A stretch of DNA of 19,782 nt, from positions 277,451-297,232 of the forward strand of contig JBBDYJ010000035.1 in the NCBI GenBank assembly GCA_040901675.1. Reading direction: 5' to 3'. Under the pieces are notes generated by a model. The model was not told the origin of the DNA. It saw only the letters and a program-made list of their open reading frames with translations, and made no database searches. Of the stretch, positions 17,114-19,782 are shown in pieces; the first letter of the stretch is position 1, and each line of letters begins with the position of its first letter. Origin of the DNA: Pirellulales bacterium (lineage in GTDB: Bacteria > Planctomycetota > Planctomycetia > Pirellulales > JAICIG01). A program made the translations under genes and the position numbers.

Positions 17114-19612
17114 ATGTCGCCAGAAGCCTTCGACCCGGACGAAACCAGGCCGGCGCCTCCGCCCCCCGGCTTCGAGACGGCACGCGCCCATGCCGCCCAG
17201 CCCCATCGCGGCTCGGGCACTGGGAATCGATTGGCGGCGGCCAGCCGGGCTGGAGGTGACGGCGATCGCGCCGGCGGCGAAGCCTTCGAAGGCGATCCGG
17301 CGGATTTCGGCGACGTCAGCCGCGCCTGGGATGTGGTTTCCGGCCAGGTCGAGGCGCTGGTGGCGGCCTGGGACACGGGCGAAGAGCCGCCGCCATTGGC
17401 CGAGTTTTTGCCGGCCGGCAGCGCCGCCATCCAGCGGCTGGCCCTGATCGAGTTGATCAAAGTCGACCTGATGTACCGCTGGCGGCGTCCGGGCAGCGAG
17501 CGGCGGCTGGAGCAGTACCTGGCCGAATTTGGCCGGCTGTTCGAGGCCGAGGTTCCCTACGACCTGATCTACGAAGAATACTACGTGCGCAAGCAGGTGG
17601 GCGAGGCGGTTGAGCCTGCGGAGTATTTCGAACGCTTTCCCGCGCAGGCCGAGGAGCTGCGGCGGCTGTTGTGCCTGGACGAAGAGCCGAGGATCTCGAC
17701 TGCCTTGGCGAGCGGGCAGCGGTCGCACAGCGTCGACGTAGGCGAGCGGCTGGACGATTTCGACCTGTTGACGCGGCTGGGCAAGGGGGCGTTCGCCACG
17801 GTGTTTCTGGCCCGGCAACGGTCGATGCAGCGGATCGTGGCCCTGAAGGTCTCGGCCGATCGGGGCAACGAGCCGCAGACCATGGCGCAGCTCGATCATC
17901 CGCATATCGTGCGGGTTTACGATCAGCGGCTGGTGAGCGACCGCAAGCTGCGGCTCTTGTACATGCAGTACATACCGGGCGGCACGCTACAGCGCGTGGT
18001 CGATCTGGTGCGTGCCACGCCCCCCAGGGCGCGCAGCGGCAAGATCCTGCTGGAGGCGGTCGACGACGCGCTGTCCGACCAGGGCGAGTCGGCCCCGGCC
18101 GAGTCCGGCCTCCGCCGGCAACTGGCCCAGAAGCGCTGGCCGGAGGTGGTCTGCTGGCTGGGGGCGCGGCTGGCCGGCGCGCTGGACTACGCGCACCAGC
18201 GGGGCGTGATGCACCGCGACTTGAAGCCGGCCAACGTGCTGATTTCGGCGGAGGGCAGTCCCAAGCTGGCCGATTTCAACATCAGCTTCTGTTCCAAGAT
18301 CGAAGGAGCATCGCCGGCGGCCTACTTCGGCGGCAGCCTGGCTTACATGTCGCCCGAGCAGTTGGAGGCGTTCAACCCGGCCCACTCGCGGGCCGCCGAC
18401 GAGCTGGACGGCCGCGCGGACGTCTACTCGCTGGGCGTGCTGTTGTGGGAGTTGCTGACCGGCAGCCGGCCTTTCCGCGACGAGTCGGTCGAAGGGGGAT
18501 GGACCAACACGCTGGCCAGCATGATCGCCAGCCGGCGGGCGGGAGTGCCGCCGGGCACGATTGCGCAGCTTCCGCCCGGCTTGCCTCAAGGGATGGAGGA
18601 GGTGCTGTTGAAGTGCCTCGCTCCCGAACCGGCGGAACGTTTCGCCTCGGCCGGGCAACTGGCCCGCCAGCTCGAGCTATGCCTGCGGCCGCAGGTGCAG
18701 CGGCTGATGAGGCCGAGCACTGGGGGATGGCCGCAGATCGCCGCGCGCTACTGCATCGGGGCGATGGTAGTGGCGGGTCTGGTCCCCAATGCCACGGCCA
18801 GCGGCTTGAACATCGCCTACAACTGGTTCGCGATCGTAGAGCATCTCGGTGGCGGGGCCGGGGAGGAGGAAGTCAGGGCGGTCTTTTATGAGCAGTTGGT
18901 CATTGTCAACCCGATCTTCTATGCGCTGGCGATCGGGCTGTTGATCAGCCTTGCCTGGCCGGTGTTGGATAGCGTGCTGCGAATCGAATCGCGGCGCGAG
19001 CCGAGGCCGCGGCGGTTGGCCACGGCGCGCAGCCGCTGTTTGAAGTTGGGAGACTACGTGGCCTGGGTCGCAGGTGTCTTGTGGACGATATCGGGCATCG
19101 TGTTTCCCGTTTGGCTGCACGCCAGCACGGGGAACCAAGGAGTCATGGAGCCCATGCACTACGTGCACTTCATGACGTCCCAAGTTCTGTGCGGCCTGAT
19201 TGCCGCCACATTATCGTTTTTCTGCATTACGTTCCTGGCAGTCCGTGCGTTTTATCCGTCGCTGATACGCGGCGAAGCGGGCGAGCTTGGGCAGTTGGAC
19301 GACCTGCAGGGCCTGAAGCGCCGGACGAACGTCTACTTCTTGCTGGCCGTGCCCGGTCCGCTGTTGGCGATCTTCGCCGTGCTGCTGTTGCCGATATGGG
19401 GCCCCGCGGCGGCCGGGTCGAATACCGCAATGGACCGGATTGCCATCGGAATCCTGGGAGTCATTGCTTTTCTGAACTTCCTCATCACATACAAACTCTC
19501 GCAGCTCATCTACCAGGACATCGATGCGCTGATGATCGCGGTCAGCCCGGCCAGCGAAAGTTTCGGCACCGCCAGCGACACGGTGGAGTCGTTCTGGGCC
19601 GCGTCGCGGTGA
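17114..19612 (+). CDS. Hanks-type Ser/Thr protein kinase with polytopic C-terminal membrane domain
   Basis: LGKGAFATVF, VALK, HPHIV, HRDLKPAN, DFN, YMSPEQ, DVYSLG; about six hydrophobic segments at the C-terminus. Confidence 0.94.
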   Translation: MSPEAFDPDETRPAPPPPGFETARAHAAQPHRGSGTGNRLAAASRAGGDGDRAGGEAFEGDPADFGDVSRAWDVVSGQVEALVAAWDTGEEPPPLAEFLPAGSAAIQRLALIELIKVDLMYRWRRPGSERRLEQYLAEFGRLFEAEVPYDLIYEEYYVRKQVGEAVEPAEYFERFPAQAEELRRLLCLDEEPRISTALASGQRSHSVDVGERLDDFDLLTRLGKGAFATVFLARQRSMQRIVALKVSADRGNEPQTMAQLDHPHIVRVYDQRLVSDRKLRLLYMQYIPGGTLQRVVDLVRATPPRARSGKILLEAVDDALSDQGESAPAESGLRRQLAQKRWPEVVCWLGARLAGALDYAHQRGVMHRDLKPANVLISAEGSPKLADFNISFCSKIEGASPAAYFGGSLAYMSPEQLEAFNPAHSRAADELDGRADVYSLGVLLWELLTGSRPFRDESVEGGWTNTLASMIASRRAGVPPGTIAQLPPGLPQGMEEVLLKCLAPEPAERFASAGQLARQLELCLRPQVQRLMRPSTGGWPQIAARYCIGAMVVAGLVPNATASGLNIAYNWFAIVEHLGGGAGEEEVRAVFYEQLVIVNPIFYALAIGLLISLAWPVLDSVLRIESRREPRPRRLATARSRCLKLGDYVAWVAGVLWTISGIVFPVWLHASTGNQGVMEPMHYVHFMTSQVLCGLIAATLSFFCITFLAVRAFYPSLIRGEAGELGQLDDLQGLKRRTNVYFLLAVPGPLLAIFAVLLLPIWGPAAAGSNTAMDRIAIGILGVIAFLNFLITYKLSQLIYQDIDALMIAVSPASESFGTASDTVESFWAASR

Positions 19613-19633
19613 AGTCAGCGTGGGAGGAAGGAA

Positions 19634-19782
19634 CGAAAACTGGGGCACGCTACGACTCGACTGAGCTCGCCGAAGTCCGCTTTGCCGCCAGCCACCCCCG
19701 GGAAAAGCAAAAGGCAGAACAGACGAAAACTGGGGCACGCTACGACTCGACTGAGCTCGCGACTCGACTGAGCTCGCCGAAG
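19634..19782 (+). repeat. Two more host palindromes: one with a single 24-nt cargo (19634-19697), one with nested cargo (19724 to window edge)
   Basis: Cores identical to those at 4010-4071 and 4210-4296. Confidence 0.95.

Overview
High-GC bacterial window, most consistent with a planctomycete (inferred from gene families and motif style, not from a database search). Both ends stop inside repeats, so it may be a whole contig. Genes in order: secreted TPR/acidic-tail protein (missing from the ORF track, runs off the left edge), DUF1080 hydrolase, DHODH-like flavoprotein, orphan BlaI repressor, OmpR-type response regulator and histidine kinase, RlmI-like methyltransferase, acetamidase/formamidase, ilvB, an insertion-domain-less UvrA, a 55-aa NPY-motif membrane protein (also missing from the track), ilvN, ilvC, a 90-aa hypothetical protein, a radical SAM enzyme, a Fur-family regulator and a membrane Ser/Thr kinase. 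The most unusual content is intergenic: a nested hierarchy of palindromic repeats. One host palindrome occurs empty, loaded with a 24-nt hairpin, loaded with that hairpin nested in itself, or loaded with a different cargo, inside composite MITE-like elements that abut stop codons. There are also GTAG-type REPs, a candidate structured ncRNA at 3572-3773 and a structured ilvB leader. No transposase, CRISPR array, tRNA or rRNA was recognised.
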